Source of the DNA: a virus
Lineage: Duplodnaviria > Heunggongvirae > Uroviricota > Caudoviricetes
Virus record (IMG/VR): IMGVR_UViG_3300047550_004303
Direction: 5' to 3' (one strand)
DNA: 64,000 bases
Part shown: piece after piece, positions 18,544 through 26,393 of the stretch
Position numbering within the stretch: position 1 is the stretch's first letter
Layout of the letters: each line of letters opens with the position of its first letter
Position numbers and translations under genes: made by a program
The notes under the pieces: model-generated
Seen by the model: the letters and a program-made list of their open reading frames with translations, nothing else
The model's database searches: none
What the model was told of the DNA's origin: nothing

Positions 18544-19818
18544 ATGGACAACATCTTAAAACAAATAAGCGAACAATTTCATCCTTCATACATGCCAAAC
18601 TATGACAATTTTGTTCCAAAAGAATCAAAGGTTCTTTATTCAGGACCATACTGGGATAGCAAAGAACTATATGCTATTTTAAATGCAGTATTGAAGGGTA
18701 ACTGGATAGTAAGCGGTGAACTAGTAGAAAAATTTCAATCAGAATTCAGTGAAAAGTTTAAAGTCAAATTTTCACATATGGTAAACTCTGGTAGTTCGGC
18801 TAATCTTACAATGATTACTGCATTGAAGAAAAGATTCAGATGGAAAGACTTTGATGAAATCATTGTTTCACCAGTTGGTTTTCCAACTACTATCGCACCA
18901 ATAATTCAAAACAACTTAAAACCAGTTTTTATTGACATTGAGTTCAATACACTAAACTTTGATATCAATCAGATTGAAGATGCGATTACAAATAAAACGA
19001 AAGCAATCTTTGTTTCACCAGTTTTAGGTAATCCACCTGATCTTGATGAAATAAAGAAGATATGTGACAAACATAATATTCTTTTAATCGGAGACAATTG
19101 CGACAGTCTAGGATCAAAATATAAAGGTAAATATATACATGAATACTACTACAGTTGGAGTTGTAGTTTTTATCCGGCACATCATATATCCACTGGTGAG
19201 GGTGGAATGGTATGCACCAACGACCAACATCTATATGACCTAACACGTAGTATTAGCTGGTGGGGTAGAGATTGTTATTGTGTGGGTGTTAACAATACAC
19301 TACCATGCGGTACTTGTGGTAAACGTTTTGATTATTGGTTAGAAAACTATGATGGTATAATTGATCACAAGTATATCTACGGAAACATAGGGTATAATCT
19401 TAAGCCATTAGACTTACAGGGTGCAGTTGGTTCTGTACAATTAACCAAATTTGAAGAGATTGATACAAAACGTAAAGCACATAAAAACTTCATAGAAGAA
19501 TCTTGCCATAAACATCTTGATGTGCGTAAGGTAAAAATATTGCAGGACAGTGATCCATGTTGGTTTGGAGTACCTATTCTTTGCAAAGAACAAGGTCAAA
19601 AAGAACTATTAGTTGATTACTTTGAAAGCAACAAGATTCAAACTAGAAATTACTTTGGAGGGAACATTCTATTTCATCCAGCATATAAACATTTAGATGA
19701 CTACAAAAAGTTTCCAAATGCAAACAAAACACTTGATTTGGTTTTCTTTTTAGGTTGCAGCCCTGCTTATAACGACAAAGTACTTCAATACATTGATGAG
19801 GTTATAAAGGCATGGTAA
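18544..19818 (+). CDS. rfbH: CDP-4-keto-6-deoxy-D-glucose 3-dehydrase (E1, RfbH/DdhC), DegT/DnrJ PLP/PMP family
   Basis: VNSGSSANL; SFYPAHHISTGEGG with His at the usual Schiff-base Lys position; Fe-S motif GRDCYC...CGTCGKRF; YNLKPLDLQGAVG; QTRNYFGGN. Confidence 0.85.
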   Translation: MDNILKQISEQFHPSYMPNYDNFVPKESKVLYSGPYWDSKELYAILNAVLKGNWIVSGELVEKFQSEFSEKFKVKFSHMVNSGSSANLTMITALKKRFRWKDFDEIIVSPVGFPTTIAPIIQNNLKPVFIDIEFNTLNFDINQIEDAITNKTKAIFVSPVLGNPPDLDEIKKICDKHNILLIGDNCDSLGSKYKGKYIHEYYYSWSCSFYPAHHISTGEGGMVCTNDQHLYDLTRSISWWGRDCYCVGVNNTLPCGTCGKRFDYWLENYDGIIDHKYIYGNIGYNLKPLDLQGAVGSVQLTKFEEIDTKRKAHKNFIEESCHKHLDVRKVKILQDSDPCWFGVPILCKEQGQKELLVDYFESNKIQTRNYFGGNILFHPAYKHLDDYKKFPNANKTLDLVFFLGCSPAYNDKVLQYIDEVIKAW

Positions 19819-20633
19819 ACTTGTTTGGTAAAGGATTTATAGGTTCACACTATTCTAGTGTGTATCCATGTATAGCTAATCATAGAAATGATCTTGTACC
19901 AAAAACAAATAATATACTTTACCTAATTAGTACCACTGATAACTACAATGTAAAAATTAATCCATACATTGATATTGAAACCAATTTAACCACTTTGATA
20001 CGTGTATTAGAAAATGCTAGACAATTTGAAGATGTAGTATTTAACTTTGCAAGTTCTTGGTTTGTTTATGGTGATGTACCTTTAAATGCTGATGAAAATA
20101 GTTATTGCAATCCAAAAGGATTTTATTCAATAACTAAACGTTCAGCAGAACAACTTTTAATTTCCTATTGTGAAACGTATGGAATAAAATATAGGATACT
20201 ACGATTTGCTAATGTATTGGGGTTAGGTGACAAAAATGTTTCTAACAAGAAAAATGCATTGACCTTTTTGCTCAACAAATTAAAAAACAACGAAGAAATA
20301 AATTTATATGATGATGGTAATTTTTACAGAGATTACATACATGTCAATGATGTTTGCAATGCAATCAATTTAATTTTAACTAATGGAAATACCAACGAAA
20401 TTTATAATGTAGGTACTGGAAACCCTGTGTTGTTTAAAGATGCAATCAACTACATTGTAAAAACATCTAAATCAAATAGTACAGTAAATGTGGTCGAACA
20501 AAGTGATTTTCATAAAATAGTTCAAACTAAATCTTTTTATATGAACTGTGACAAGTTGAGAAATTTAGGCTTCATACCAAAACATAATATATACACTATT
20601 ATTGATGAATTGTTAGATGAAGAACGCAATTGA
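19812..20633 (+). CDS. NAD-dependent epimerase/dehydratase (extended SDR), possible NDP-sugar 4-reductase
   Basis: GKGFIG nucleotide-binding loop, YSITK (YxxxK), RDYIHVNDVCNAI, EIYNVGTG. Confidence 0.8.
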   Translation: MVNLFGKGFIGSHYSSVYPCIANHRNDLVPKTNNILYLISTTDNYNVKINPYIDIETNLTTLIRVLENARQFEDVVFNFASSWFVYGDVPLNADENSYCNPKGFYSITKRSAEQLLISYCETYGIKYRILRFANVLGLGDKNVSNKKNALTFLLNKLKNNEEINLYDDGNFYRDYIHVNDVCNAINLILTNGNTNEIYNVGTGNPVLFKDAINYIVKTSKSNSTVNVVEQSDFHKIVQTKSFYMNCDKLRNLGFIPKHNIYTIIDELLDEERN

Positions 20634-21348
20634 TGTTGTTATTCCCACAATGTGGCGTGATGAAAAATTTACTGAATATTTAGCAGAATATTGCGCTAGT
20701 AGCTATATCAATAAGATTATTTTGATAGATAACGACCAATCAAAAAGACCAAATAGTGACATTTTACGTCATCCAAAACTAGAATTAGTTTCATATGGAA
20801 GAAACATATATGTGAATCCAGCCTGGAATGAAGGATATTATCGTAGTAAGAGTGATATTTTATGTATATTAAATGATGATATTCATGTTAATGATACATT
20901 GTTTTATTACATGTCTGAGTTAGACTTTACTGAAATAGATTTAATAGGAGTTCATCTTAAAGGTAGTGTAGATAATTATCATATAGTTGAGCATCCTGAC
21001 CTTCAAGATGAATTGATAAAATTAAAAGTAAACAAAAAGCAACCAATTGGTGGGCAAAGTTATGCATTTGGTGTTTGCATGTTTATCAAAAGAAGTTCTT
21101 ATAGAGTTATTCCAAGTTTATATCAAATATGGTTCGGGGATGATTATTTGATACAGTGTTGTAAAAACATATATACATTGAAGACTAGTAAAATTAAGGG
21201 TGAAATAAGCAAAACCATTGTTGCGTTTGATAAGGACAGTGACGTACAAAAAAGAATCAATTTAGATTCAAAAAATGCATACAAATTTAACCATTTTTTA
21301 AATTCAAAAAATTGGGATCTAGTTAATCAATATAGACTAAAGGAATAA
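20617..21348 (+). CDS. GT2-family glycosyltransferase
   Basis: DVVIPTM, IILIDND, VNPAWNEG, ILNDDI, WFGDDY. Confidence 0.8.
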   Translation: MKNAIDVVIPTMWRDEKFTEYLAEYCASSYINKIILIDNDQSKRPNSDILRHPKLELVSYGRNIYVNPAWNEGYYRSKSDILCILNDDIHVNDTLFYYMSELDFTEIDLIGVHLKGSVDNYHIVEHPDLQDELIKLKVNKKQPIGGQSYAFGVCMFIKRSSYRVIPSLYQIWFGDDYLIQCCKNIYTLKTSKIKGEISKTIVAFDKDSDVQKRINLDSKNAYKFNHFLNSKNWDLVNQYRLKE

Positions 21349-21351
21349 TTG

Positions 21352-22251
21352 ATGTCAAAGTATAGTATTTTTCATCTTCAAGGTGGAATAGGAAAACATA
21401 TTGCTGCAACTGCCGTTGCAAAAACAATTAAAAACAATCATCCAGACAGAAAATTAATAGTGGTATGTGCTTATCCAGACTTGTTTATAAATTTAGATTT
21501 TGTTCATCGTGTATTTCAAATAGGCAATACCAGTTATTTTTATCAAAACTACGTACAAGATAAAGACTCAATACTATTTCATCATGAACCGTATTACACC
21601 ACAAATCATATTCATAAAAGAAAAAAACTGATTGAAAATTGGTGTGAAATGTATGATTTAAAGTATTCAGGTGAAACACCAATATTGAAATTTAACAAAT
21701 TACAATATGATATGTCGAAGAAATTTTGGACAAAAAATAAACCTATAATGGTTTTGCACACAAATGGAGGCATGATGACAACTGACGCAAAACCATATGC
21801 ATGGACAAGAGATATGCCAGAAGATATTGCACAAGAAATTGTGAATTATTTCCACAAAGAATATCATGTATATCAAATAACAAAAATGAATTCACCAAAG
21901 TTAAGAAATGCTGAACACATTTTTGCGACTCCGCAACATTCGTTGAATTTAATGGAATTGTTTAGCATATTACTTCATGCTAGAAAAAGAGTATTTATTG
22001 ATAGCTGTATGCAACATGCAGCCTCAGCGTTGAAAAAACCTAGTACCGTATTATGGAACGGAACAAGTCCAAATGTATTTGGATATGATATGCATGAAAA
22101 TTTATGCACAGATATACCATATGATTTTAAATTACCAGGAAGCTATCTATTTGATTTTGATTTTAATGGCAATGAGGTTGAATATCCGTTTACCGAAGAC
22201 ACTAAATTATTTAATATTGATAGGATAATAGAGTCAATAAATAAACAATAA
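21352..22251 (+). CDS. GT9-like glycosyltransferase
   Basis: GGIGKHIAAT N-terminal loop and FIDSCMQHAASAL; ATG 21352 fits the AAGGA SD better than the TTG at 21349. Confidence 0.65.
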   Translation: MSKYSIFHLQGGIGKHIAATAVAKTIKNNHPDRKLIVVCAYPDLFINLDFVHRVFQIGNTSYFYQNYVQDKDSILFHHEPYYTTNHIHKRKKLIENWCEMYDLKYSGETPILKFNKLQYDMSKKFWTKNKPIMVLHTNGGMMTTDAKPYAWTRDMPEDIAQEIVNYFHKEYHVYQITKMNSPKLRNAEHIFATPQHSLNLMELFSILLHARKRVFIDSCMQHAASALKKPSTVLWNGTSPNVFGYDMHENLCTDIPYDFKLPGSYLFDFDFNGNEVEYPFTEDTKLFNIDRIIESINKQ

Positions 22252-22260
22252 GGAAAAAGT

Positions 22261-23226
22261 ATGAAGGATGTGATCAGAGAAATTATTAGAGAAGAGATGA
22301 TTAGAAATAAAAAAACATATTACTTTATGTCTGGTCTTCCCAGATCAGGTAGTACATTGTTATCTGCGATACTAAATCAAAATCCTAGATTTTACTCTGG
22401 ACCAAGTTCACCAGTTGTATCAACAATGATTACGTTAGAACAATCATTGTCCAATGATGAGTTATATTTGGCTTATCCAAAACAACAACAAGCAGCAAAG
22501 ATAATTTCAGGAGTTCTAGAAAATTGGTATAGCGACGTTGAAAAGCCTGTAATTGTTGACAAAAACAGGTCATGGGTAAATAGATTGCATTATATTCCAG
22601 GTTATTTTAATATCCAACCAAAAGTTTTATGTCCAGTACGTGACATATCAGAAATACTTGCCTCTTTTATAAGTATGTATCGTAGAAATCCATTTTCAGG
22701 ACAAGGACGCATTCCATTCTTGGATGAAATGCTAATTAAAAGCAACATCCCGCTTAGTGATGATAATAGATGTGAAGTTCTATGTAGCACCGGAGGAATA
22801 GTAGGAGCTAGTTATAGCGGAATCAAACAAGTATTTGCTGAAGGCAAAGAAAAACAAATTCACTTGATTGAATATAACGATTTGATTAACAATCCAAATG
22901 AAACCATGAAAAAGATTTATGATTTCTTAGGCGAAGAATACTACCAACATGATTTTACTAACATTGAAAACATACATAGAGAAAATGATGAAATGGTATA
23001 TGGATTAAAGGACATGCATAATGTGAGGAAAACATTAGGCAAAACTTCTATTGATCCAAAAAATATTTTATCAGGAAATATTCTTTCCAAATGTTCAGGT
23101 GCTGAGTTTTGGAGAAACCTTAATTTTGATCCTGAATTACAAACCGCTGAAGAAACTAAGTATTTAGATGACTTTGATTCAATTAAAAATAGTGTAGCAG
23201 CAAATAATGAAACAATTATAGGATAA
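22261..23226 (+). CDS. Sulfotransferase (second paralog)
   Basis: FMSGLPRSGSTL, VRDISEILASF; C-terminal GLKDMHNVRK parallels GLPNLHRIKP in the first paralog. Confidence 0.85.
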   Translation: MKDVIREIIREEMIRNKKTYYFMSGLPRSGSTLLSAILNQNPRFYSGPSSPVVSTMITLEQSLSNDELYLAYPKQQQAAKIISGVLENWYSDVEKPVIVDKNRSWVNRLHYIPGYFNIQPKVLCPVRDISEILASFISMYRRNPFSGQGRIPFLDEMLIKSNIPLSDDNRCEVLCSTGGIVGASYSGIKQVFAEGKEKQIHLIEYNDLINNPNETMKKIYDFLGEEYYQHDFTNIENIHRENDEMVYGLKDMHNVRKTLGKTSIDPKNILSGNILSKCSGAEFWRNLNFDPELQTAEETKYLDDFDSIKNSVAANNETIIG

Positions 23227-23236
23227 AGGAAAAACT

Positions 23237-23497
23237 ATGAGCAGAGAACCAATGACACAGGAACAAATAGAAGGAACCGTTCGTGCAGCAAGAGATAGTG
23301 TTTGGGTAGTTAATGATGAATTGCAAAAACTATCGAACGGTGGTTCTTGGACAGAACAAAGAAAAGGCAATATTGAACGTAATGTTGTTCATCTTGAACT
23401 AGTAATGTCAAATCCAGAAATTTCAGGCTCTGGACTGGATCTTTCTGATCTTACTGCTGCAATAAATGCAGGAAAAATAGAATTAGCAAATCATTAA
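23237..23497 (+). CDS. Small hypothetical protein
   Basis: 86-aa ORF with AAGGA SD, tightly packed between neighbours. Confidence 0.7.
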   Translation: MSREPMTQEQIEGTVRAARDSVWVVNDELQKLSNGGSWTEQRKGNIERNVVHLELVMSNPEISGSGLDLSDLTAAINAGKIELANH

Positions 23498-23498
23498 A

Positions 23499-24353
23499 AT
23501 GGCAATAAAAATTCTAGTAATGGGATTGCCTGGTGCAGGCAAAACCTACTTCTCTGAACGTCTTAAAACTTATCTTGAAGAAAATTCAAGTATAGATTCT
23601 ATGCCAGCTTACAGAATGGGGCAATATGAATTGCCACCAAGATATTACAAATCAACTGTAAAATGGTTCAATGCTGATGAAGTAAGAAAAAAGTATAATG
23701 ATTGGGATTTCAGTAAAGAAGGAAGAATACGCCAAAGTCTACGCATGGCAGAGTTTGCGTTACAAACTACTGATGATTATGTGATATGTGATTTTGTAGC
23801 ACCTCTTCCCGAAATGCGTCATAACTTTAAAGCAGATTGGACTATATGGATAGATACAATTGATGCTGGCAGATATGAAGATACAAACAAAGTTTTCGTA
23901 TCACCTGAAATATATGACTTCAGAATTACAGAGCAAAATGCTGAGAAGTGGGTAGAGTTTGTAGGTAATCATATTTTACAAAATCGTAGAAGACCTACTT
24001 TTAGTTGGAAAAAAGAAACTGCTATGTTATTAGGTAGATATCAACCATGGCATAAAGGTCATCGTGCATTATTTGAACGTGCATTAGGAAAAACAGGTCA
24101 AGTATGCATCATGATACGTGATTGTCAAGGTTGGAATAGTAGTAATCCATTCGATTTTGAACAGGTTCAAAACTTCATCAAGCGTGATCTTGATCCCTTA
24201 TATCAAGGTCAATATACTATTCAACTTGTACCCAACATTACTGAAATAGTATATGGAAGAGATGTTGGATATAAAATAACACAAGAAGTTTTTAGTGATG
24301 AGATACATGATATCTCAGCAACTAAAATACGAAAAGCTATGGGCTTAGTATAA
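23499..24353 (+). CDS. Adenylyl-sulfate kinase-like P-loop domain fused to a HIGH-superfamily nucleotidyltransferase domain
   Basis: GLPGAGKT P-loop, NADEVR and RIRQSLRM (CysC-like); C-terminal GRYQPWHKGH (HIGH-like) and ISATKIR (KMSKS-like). Confidence 0.75.
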   Translation: MAIKILVMGLPGAGKTYFSERLKTYLEENSSIDSMPAYRMGQYELPPRYYKSTVKWFNADEVRKKYNDWDFSKEGRIRQSLRMAEFALQTTDDYVICDFVAPLPEMRHNFKADWTIWIDTIDAGRYEDTNKVFVSPEIYDFRITEQNAEKWVEFVGNHILQNRRRPTFSWKKETAMLLGRYQPWHKGHRALFERALGKTGQVCIMIRDCQGWNSSNPFDFEQVQNFIKRDLDPLYQGQYTIQLVPNITEIVYGRDVGYKITQEVFSDEIHDISATKIRKAMGLV

Positions 24354-24356
24354 GAA

Positions 24357-24380
24357 AAAAGGTGACTTATGTCACCTTTT
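24357..24380. terminator. Bidirectional intrinsic terminator at the convergence of the two gene blocks
   Basis: AAAAGGTGAC-TTAT-GTCACCTTTT perfect inverted repeat with A and T tracts on both sides. Confidence 0.85.
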
Positions 24381-24381
24381 A

Positions 24382-24684
24382 TTATCTTCTAATCTCTATT
24401 TGGCTTTCTATACCTTCTCCTAGTATACATGCTACTTTATCATTAAATTCAATAATGGTGAAGGTATTTGTTTTTTGATTGTGAAATAGTGAATATCTTG
24501 CTTTTTTGTCACTATCAAGTCCATTCCAAATTGGAAGTTCTTTACTAGGTTCGTTCATAAGAACTCTAACTACATCATTAATAGAACTGCAAACTATTTT
24601 CTTTTGTAATGTTATTACATTGTTTTGTGCGTTAGCGAAGGTGCTTACAAGGCAGAATGTTAACGCCATTGTTGTTTTAAACAT
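24382..24684 (-). CDS. Small secreted/periplasmic hypothetical protein
   Basis: Signal peptide MFKTTMALTFCLVSTFANA-Q; AAGGAG SD; two Cys in the mature part. Confidence 0.7.
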   Translation of the reverse strand: MFKTTMALTFCLVSTFANAQNNVITLQKKIVCSSINDVVRVLMNEPSKELPIWNGLDSDKKARYSLFHNQKTNTFTIIEFNDKVACILGEGIESQIEIRR

Positions 24685-24702
24685 AATGGCTCCTTAAAAA
24701 GA

Positions 24703-24710
24703 TATTTATA
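24703..24710 (-). promoter_or_regulatory. T4 consensus late promoter TATAAATA
   Basis: Forward-strand tatttata at 24703-24710, upstream of the SD and the ATG at 24684. Confidence 0.65.
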
Positions 24711-24738
24711 AAAAAACGGACTATAAAGTCCGTTTTTT
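24711..24738. terminator. Intrinsic terminator downstream of the beta-barrel gene
   Basis: AAAAAACGGACT-ATAA-AGTCCGTTTTTT perfect inverted repeat. Confidence 0.85.
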
Positions 24739-24747
24739 ATTTAGTGT

Positions 24748-25197
24748 TTAGAACTTGTATCGCACACCAGCAGTCAATGCTCCGCCGTCAAACCTACTTA
24801 CACGATCTTGCCCAAATTGATGTGAGTAATCAACATAACCATCAAGACGCTTTGTAATAGGCATTGAAAAATCAACACCAGCAGTCATTGCATACCCATC
24901 AGCACTTAGAGAATTGCTTAGATAAGCAAAACTTACGTTAGGGGTAACTAGAACTGGACCAAGCTTCATTAGATTGACACCACCAGCTAGACTAAAACGA
25001 TTTTGATTGTTTTGTGTATCGGTGCTACGATTAAACCCAAGACCTACATTTACTGGACCAAAGGTCTTACCAACCGTCAAACCTACTGAGTTACGTGGTG
25101 TATTGCCAAAATCTCTTGCAACGTTTGCACCAAGTTCAAATGCTGAAACACTTAGTGCTGCTAGAGCAATTGCTGAACCTACTAATACTTTCTTCAT
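24748..25197 (-). CDS. Small outer-membrane beta-barrel protein (OmpA-TM/Ail/Lom-like, about 8 strands)
   Basis: Signal peptide MKKVLVGSAIALAALSVSA; alternating amphipathic strands; C-terminal BAM signal GVRYKF. Confidence 0.85.
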   Translation of the reverse strand: MKKVLVGSAIALAALSVSAFELGANVARDFGNTPRNSVGLTVGKTFGPVNVGLGFNRSTDTQNNQNRFSLAGGVNLMKLGPVLVTPNVSFAYLSNSLSADGYAMTAGVDFSMPITKRLDGYVDYSHQFGQDRVSRFDGGALTAGVRYKF

Positions 25198-25223
25198 AAA
25201 ATTTCCTTCTTTAAAAGAAGTAT

Positions 25224-25252
25224 ATTGTATTCTGTATTAGAATGATTTGCAA
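25224..25252 (-). promoter_or_regulatory. Sigma70-type (early) promoter TTGCAA-17-TACAAT
   Basis: -35 at 25247-25252, -10 at 25224-25229, 17-nt spacer; AAGGA SD at 25204-25208. Confidence 0.7.
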
Positions 25253-25261
25253 ACAAAAAGG

Positions 25262-25930
25262 TTAAGTTTCTAAATTTATCCAAGGATCAGTAATTACTAT
25301 GGTATTACCGCGCATCATTGCATTTTCAGTGTGAAGATCCCAATCTTGTTTGTTGATTCTTCCAGTATGAAACAATAATGTCATCAATGAAAACAATACC
25401 TGATATTCGGCAACTTCTTTTAATTTTAAACTTTGAAAGTGCATGATAATATCTTCAGGGTCAAGTCCACCTTCATAACCAATCCAAGTATTTGGATCGT
25501 TGATTATTTCTTCAGCTTGTTCCCAATTCATTTTACGAGTGGCTAATTCACTTAATATCCAAACCATTGCTTCTTGAAAACTTCCATTTGGTATAGGTGT
25601 AAGTTTTTCCATAATGATCATTACATAATCTTTACCATCTTCTGTAAAGATACCTTGACCTTCTTTATCTATCATTTGAAATTTTGGTAAGTTCTGCAAG
25701 TCAGAGTGTTCTTCGCAAAATTTATAGAACTTAAAAAAGGTTTGTGCTGCATTTCCTGCACCTTGTCCATGGTCTGGCATTATGATTTTTATAACTTCAT
25801 TTTCATTTTTTGCCCAGACTGTTGCATCAGCACCACTACCTATTAATTTATACCCTTTACTACGTAGTGCATTTCTAATGTTTTTACTTGCACTGGTTCT
25901 TATTTCTGCTTCAAATTGATATGCTCTCAT
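25262..25930 (-). CDS. Protein-kinase-like enzyme (T7 gp0.7/RIO-like), possible internal head protein
   Basis: Gly loop IGSGADATVW, VIK lysine, MEKL hinge, catalytic loop DLHTEN, ITDP metal-binding motif. Confidence 0.8.
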   Translation of the reverse strand: MRAYQFEAEIRTSASKNIRNALRSKGYKLIGSGADATVWAKNENEVIKIIMPDHGQGAGNAAQTFFKFYKFCEEHSDLQNLPKFQMIDKEGQGIFTEDGKDYVMIIMEKLTPIPNGSFQEAMVWILSELATRKMNWEQAEEIINDPNTWIGYEGGLDPEDIIMHFQSLKLKEVAEYQVLFSLMTLLFHTGRINKQDWDLHTENAMMRGNTIVITDPWINLET

Positions 25931-25934
25931 GTTA

Positions 25935-25942
25935 GTATTTAT
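25935..25942 (-). promoter_or_regulatory. Late promoter ATAAATAC, 5 nt from TAAATA to the kinase ATG
   Basis: Minus strand reads ATAAATACTAAC-ATG. Confidence 0.65.
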
Positions 25943-25951
25943 GTCTCACCA

Positions 25952-25981
25952 ATAAAAAAGGCTACAAAATTTGTAGCCTTT
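25952..25981 (-). terminator. Intrinsic terminator after the Ala/Lys-rich secreted protein gene
   Basis: AAAGGCTACAA-AAT-TTGTAGCCTTT stem followed by a U-tract on the minus strand. Confidence 0.8.
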
Positions 25982-25999
25982 GTATTTAGAAAGTAGAAA

Positions 26000-26296
26000 T
26001 TACTTCTTTGCAGCTTCTTCTTTCTTTGCTTCAGCCTTTGCTGCTGGCTTCTTTTCATCGGCCTTCTTTTCATCAGCCTTTGCTGCTGGCTTCTTTTCAT
26101 CGGCCTTCTTTTCAGCCTTTTGCTCACTCTTCTTGGCAGGAAGCTTCATTTCAGTCTTTGCCTTTTCATCAGCCTTAGCTGGTGCCGCTGCAGCGGGTGC
26201 CGCAGTTGCCGCAGAAGGAGCAGCAGCGGGAGCTGCTGTTTGAGCGAATGAAGCTACTGTGAATAGTGATGCTACTAGTGCGAGAATAAATTTCAT
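26000..26296 (-). CDS. Secreted low-complexity Ala/Pro/Lys/Glu-rich protein
   Basis: Signal peptide MKFILALVASLFTVASFA-Q; GGAGG SD; AAPA and ADEKKPAAK repeats. Confidence 0.75.
   Translation of the reverse strand: MKFILALVASLFTVASFAQTAAPAAAPSAATAAPAAAAPAKADEKAKTEMKLPAKKSEQKAEKKADEKKPAAKADEKKADEKKPAAKAEAKKEEAAKK
26032..26114. repeat. 42-bp tandem duplication (EKKADEKKPAAKAD)
   Basis: cagcctttgctgctggcttcttttcatcggccttcttttca begins at 26032 and again at 26074. Confidence 0.9.
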
Positions 26297-26393
26297 AATA
26301 TACCTCCGAAAGTTTAGAAATTTGTGAATATCACTGTTAAATATTAACTTATTTATGTTTCAAAATCAAGCTTTTATTTTCCCAAATAATCAA

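Noticed and set aside
25939-26243. Alternative ORFs overlapping the Ala/Lys-rich gene (62 aa minus, 87 aa plus)
   Set aside because: By-products of the low-complexity repeat. The 98-aa frame has the GGAGG SD, signal peptide and terminator.
26320-26350. GTGA-ATA-TCAC and GTTAA-ATA-TTAAC mini-palindromes upstream of the secreted protein gene (CRP-like site?)
   Set aside because: Spacer is 3 nt rather than the 6 nt of a CRP site, and the motifs are short and AT-rich; insufficient support.
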